Part shown: positions 60,989 through 64,000 of the stretch, one piece after another | How the letters are laid out: each line of letters starts with the position of its first letter | How positions within the stretch are numbered: position 1 is the stretch's first letter | Origin: Candidatus Eiseniibacteriota bacterium | Lineage (GTDB): Bacteria; Eisenbacteria; RBG-16-71-46 | Length of the DNA stretch: 64,000 bases | Reading direction: 5' to 3' | Assembly (NCBI GenBank): GCA_963776245.1 | Contig: CAVZLN010000005.1 | Span: forward strand, 32,001 to 96,000 | Notes under the pieces: generated by a model | Told to the model about the DNA's origin: nothing | Database searches by the model: none | What the model saw: the letters and a program-made list of their open reading frames with translations, nothing else | Translations under genes and position numbers: made by a program

Positions 60989-62269
60989 TCACGCCGGAGG
61001 CGCGATCTCCTCGAGCCCGCCGAGGTACGGACGCAGCGCCGCCGGGATGCGCACCCCGCCCGCGGCGGTCTGGTGGGTCTCGAGCAGCGCCGCGAAGGTG
61101 CGCGGAAGCGCCACGCCGGAGGCGTTGAGCGTGTGCGGGTATTCCACCCGGGCGCCCGCCTCGCGCCGGAAGCGCATGCCCATGCGCCGCGCCTGGAAGT
61201 CCTCGAAGTTGGAGCACGACGAGCATTCGAGCCAGCGCCCGGTGCCCGGCGACCACACCTCGAAGTCGTAGCACTTGGCGGCGGCGAACGACATGTCGCC
61301 GCTGCACAGCAGCATCACGCGGTAGGGCAGCTCGAGCGCCTCGAAGATGTCGGCGACGTCGCGCGCCAGCTTCTCGTGCTCGTCGTACGAGGTCTCGGGC
61401 AGCACGATCTTCACGCACTCGACCTTGTCGAACTGGTGCACGCGCACCATGCCGCGCGTGTCGGCGCCGGCGGCCCCCGCCTCGCGCCGATACGACGCGC
61501 AGTAGGCGGTCAGGTAGCGCGGCACCATCCCCGGCTCGAGGATCTCGTCGCGGTGGATGTTGGTGACCGGCACCTCGGCGGTCGGGTTGAGGAACAGGTC
61601 GTCCTCGCCGACCAGGTACATGTCGGCCTCGAGCTTGGGCAGCTGGCCGGTGCCGAACAGCGCGGCGCGGCGCACCACGTGCGGCGGCGAGACTTCGGTG
61701 TAGCCGTGCCGCGTGGTGTGGAAGTCGAGCATGAAGTTGATGAGCGCACGCTCGAGCCGGGCCCCCATGCCGGTGAACAGCAGGAAGCCCGAGCCGCTGA
61801 TCTTGGGCGCGCGCTCGAAGTCGAGCAGCCCGAGCCGGGTGGCGAGCTCCCAGTGGGCCCGCGGCTCGAAGTCGAAGGCGCGCGGCTCGCCCCAGGCGCG
61901 CACCTGCACGTTCTGCGCCGCGTCCATGCCCGGCGGGACCGAGGGATGCGGCAGCTGGGGGATCCACGCCGCCAGCGATTCGCTCTCCTCCTCCAGCGTG
62001 CGCAGTTCGGTGTCGAGCGCCTTGATGCGGTCGCCCACCTCGCGCATCGCGGCGATCTCGCCGGCCGCGTCCTCGCCCGACTTCTTCTTGCGCGCGATCT
62101 CCTCGCTGGCCGCGTTGCGGCGCGCCTTGAGCTGCTCGGTCTCGTGGAGCAGCGTCAGCCGCCGCTCCTCGATGGCGTAGAACTGCGCGAGATCCACGCT
62201 CATGCCCTTGAGGGCGATGCCGGCTTCGACCTTGTCGCGGTGGTTGCGGAGGAACTTCAGATCGTGCAT
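60989..62269 (-). CDS. serS: Serine--tRNA ligase
   Basis: PTAEVP, RREAG, RVHQFDKVE, ECSSCSN, HTLNASG. Confidence 0.97.
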   Translation of the reverse strand: MHDLKFLRNHRDKVEAGIALKGMSVDLAQFYAIEERRLTLLHETEQLKARRNAASEEIARKKKSGEDAAGEIAAMREVGDRIKALDTELRTLEEESESLAAWIPQLPHPSVPPGMDAAQNVQVRAWGEPRAFDFEPRAHWELATRLGLLDFERAPKISGSGFLLFTGMGARLERALINFMLDFHTTRHGYTEVSPPHVVRRAALFGTGQLPKLEADMYLVGEDDLFLNPTAEVPVTNIHRDEILEPGMVPRYLTAYCASYRREAGAAGADTRGMVRVHQFDKVECVKIVLPETSYDEHEKLARDVADIFEALELPYRVMLLCSGDMSFAAAKCYDFEVWSPGTGRWLECSSCSNFEDFQARRMGMRFRREAGARVEYPHTLNASGVALPRTFAALLETHQTAAGGVRIPAALRPYLGGLEEIAPPA

Positions 62270-62307
62270 CGGTGCGGTCCGGGGTTCGGGTGTGGACGGT
62301 CGCGGCG

Positions 62308-62670
62308 TCAGCGCCCGCCGGCGGTGCTGTCGGCCGCGCGCCCCAGCTCCCTGGCGCGCGCGTACGCCGCGCGTGCCTCCTCGTCGCGGCCGAGCTTCGC
62401 GAGCGCCATGCCGAGTCCATAGTAGGCCGCCGGATCGTCCTTGCGCACCGCGGTGGCCGCGGCGTAGCGGCGGGCGGCGGTGCGGAAGTCCTTCACGCGG
62501 TAGGCCTGGTTGCCGGACTCGATCAGCGCCTGGGCCCGCACCGCCGCATCGGGCGGGGTCGCGCGGTTCGCGCAGCCGACCGCGACGAGCGCCACCGCCA
62601 GGATCGCGGCGACGACCGCGGCGCGCGGCGTGCGGAGGGCAGGTTGGGCTTTCGAGCGGGTGCGGGTCAA
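62308..62670 (-). CDS. TPR lipoprotein
   Basis: GGAGG RBS before TTG; lipobox AVGC; AYYGLGMALAKLG. Confidence 0.7.
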   Translation of the reverse strand: MTRTRSKAQPALRTPRAAVVAAILAVALVAVGCANRATPPDAAVRAQALIESGNQAYRVKDFRTAARRYAAATAVRKDDPAAYYGLGMALAKLGRDEEARAAYARARELGRAADSTAGGR

Positions 62671-62735
62671 GCGGCCTCCTGGACGAACGCGAACGCCCCG
62701 GCCGCGCGGCGCCGGGGCGGTACGCGTTCCGAGGT

Positions 62736-63152
62736 CTAGTCCTTCTTCTTCGGCGCGGCCTTGGGCTTCGGGTTCTTCTTCGCCTCGGTGCGCGCGGCCT
62801 TGGCGTTGACCTTCCGCGGGGACGGGGCCTTCCTGACCTTGCGCGTGCGGCCCTTGGTCTTGGTCGCGGCCTTCTTCGCGACGGTGGTCGCGGACTTCGA
62901 CGCGGCCTTCCAGGTCATGCCGAGCGAGCGCAACAGCGACGCACACTGCTCGGACGGCTGCGCGCCGACCTTCAGCCACGCCTCGACCTTGTCCTTGTGG
63001 ACCACGAGTTCGTAGGGCTGCGCGATCGGGTTGTAGTGCCCGAGGATCTCGAGGAAGCGCCCGTCGCGCTGACGACGCGAGTCGGCCGCCACCACGCGGT
63101 AGAAGGGCCGCTTCTTCGCACCGGCCCGCATCAGACGGATCACCACCGACAT
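62736..63152 (-). CDS. rpsP: 30S ribosomal protein S16 with Lys/Ala-rich tail
   Basis: [21 protein letters not shown]...GAQPS. Confidence 0.97.
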   Translation of the reverse strand: MSVVIRLMRAGAKKRPFYRVVAADSRRQRDGRFLEILGHYNPIAQPYELVVHKDKVEAWLKVGAQPSEQCASLLRSLGMTWKAASKSATTVAKKAATKTKGRTRKVRKAPSPRKVNAKAARTEAKKNPKPKAAPKKKD

Positions 63153-63202
63153 GCTTGTCCTCCTCCGAGTTTCACAGCGGGCGCGGGCCCCGATGAGCCC
63201 CG

Positions 63203-64000
63203 CTACCGCATCATCCCCCGCAGTCCGGCGAGGGACCGCGGGCCGCCCTTGAGACGCTTCATCAGCGTCCGGGCCTGTTCGTAATCCTTGAGCAGCCGGT
63301 TCACGTCGCTCACCGACGTTCCGCTGCCCGCTGCGATGCGGCGCCGGCGCGATCCATCGATCACGCGCGGCAGCCGCCGTTCCTTGCGGGTCATGCTGGT
63401 CAGGATCGCCTCGTAGCGGCGCAGCCGGACCATGTCCGGCTTCGCCTGCTCGAGCGCCGCCTGATTCATGCCCGGGAGCATCTTGAGGATGTCCTCGAGC
63501 GGACCCATCTTCCGGATCTGCTTGAGCTGCTCGAGGAAGTCCTCGAGCGTGAAGTCCTTCTTCCGCATCCGCTCGGCGAGCCGGACCGCGTCCTGCTCGT
63601 CGACCGACGAGCGCGCCTTCTCGACCAGGCCGACCACATCGCCCATGCCGAGGATGCGCCCGGCCACGCGCCGGGCGTCGAACGTCTCGAGCCCATCGAG
63701 CTTCTCGCCCGTGCCGAGGAACAGGATCGGCTTGCCCGTCACCTGCCTCAGCGAGAGCGCCGCCCCACCGCGCGCGTCGCCGTCCATCTTGCTCAGCACC
63801 AGGCCGTCCACGCCGATGCGCTCGGCGAACGCCGTCCCGATGCGTATCGCTTCCTGCCCCGTCATCCCGTCCACCACCAGCAGCACCTGGTGGGCGCGCA
63901 CCACGCGCTTGAGCGTCTCGAGCTCGCCCATCAGCGCGTCGTCGATGTGCAGGCGGCCCGCGGTGTCGAGGATCAGGAAATCGAACCCGCGCGTCCGCGC
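63203..64000 (-). CDS. ffh: Signal recognition particle protein (5' part lies outside the window)
   Basis: [20 protein letters not shown] domain [11 protein letters not shown]. Confidence 0.97.
   Translation of the reverse strand, partial: ARTRGFDFLILDTAGRLHIDDALMGELETLKRVVRAHQVLLVVDGMTGQEAIRIGTAFAERIGVDGLVLSKMDGDARGGAALSLRQVTGKPILFLGTGEKLDGLETFDARRVAGRILGMGDVVGLVEKARSSVDEQDAVRLAERMRKKDFTLEDFLEQLKQIRKMGPLEDILKMLPGMNQAALEQAKPDMVRLRRYEAILTSMTRKERRLPRVIDGSRRRRIAAGSGTSVSDVNRLLKDYEQARTLMKRLKGGPRSLAGLRGMMR

Overview
A very GC-rich bacterial chromosomal window. Three secreted proteins carry FlgD-Ig/T9SS-type C-terminal tails and a porX-tsaE gene pair is present, which points to the FCB group; Ca. 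Eisenbacteria is my inference, not something the sequence proves. Most of the window is housekeeping: tadA, tRNA-Arg/Ser/Ser, mnmA-iscS, trans-sulfuration enzymes, ctpA, nagZ, hydantoinase/oxoprolinase A/B, copA, lptD-folC-accD, tsaB/rimI-tsaE-porX, serS, rpsP and ffh. I found no mobile elements or CRISPR arrays. Several genes have clustered frameshifts that look like long-read indel errors. The standout observation is at 39395-40825 (-). The ORF track splits this into two ORFs, but it reads as one exported protein with an in-frame UGA in a C-G-U motif, followed 25 nt later by a SECIS-like hairpin. The product would be a selenocysteine-containing, catalytically degenerate UshA-like domain fused to a tetraheme c554-like cytochrome, lying directly upstream of a CBS/CGL pair. 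Other candidates are a 12-blade Kelch protein with variable loops, a dockerin/cohesin-like secreted protein, a 29-aa microprotein coupled to copA, and a structured RNA upstream of the tRNA cluster. All product calls come from motif recognition by eye; no searches were run.
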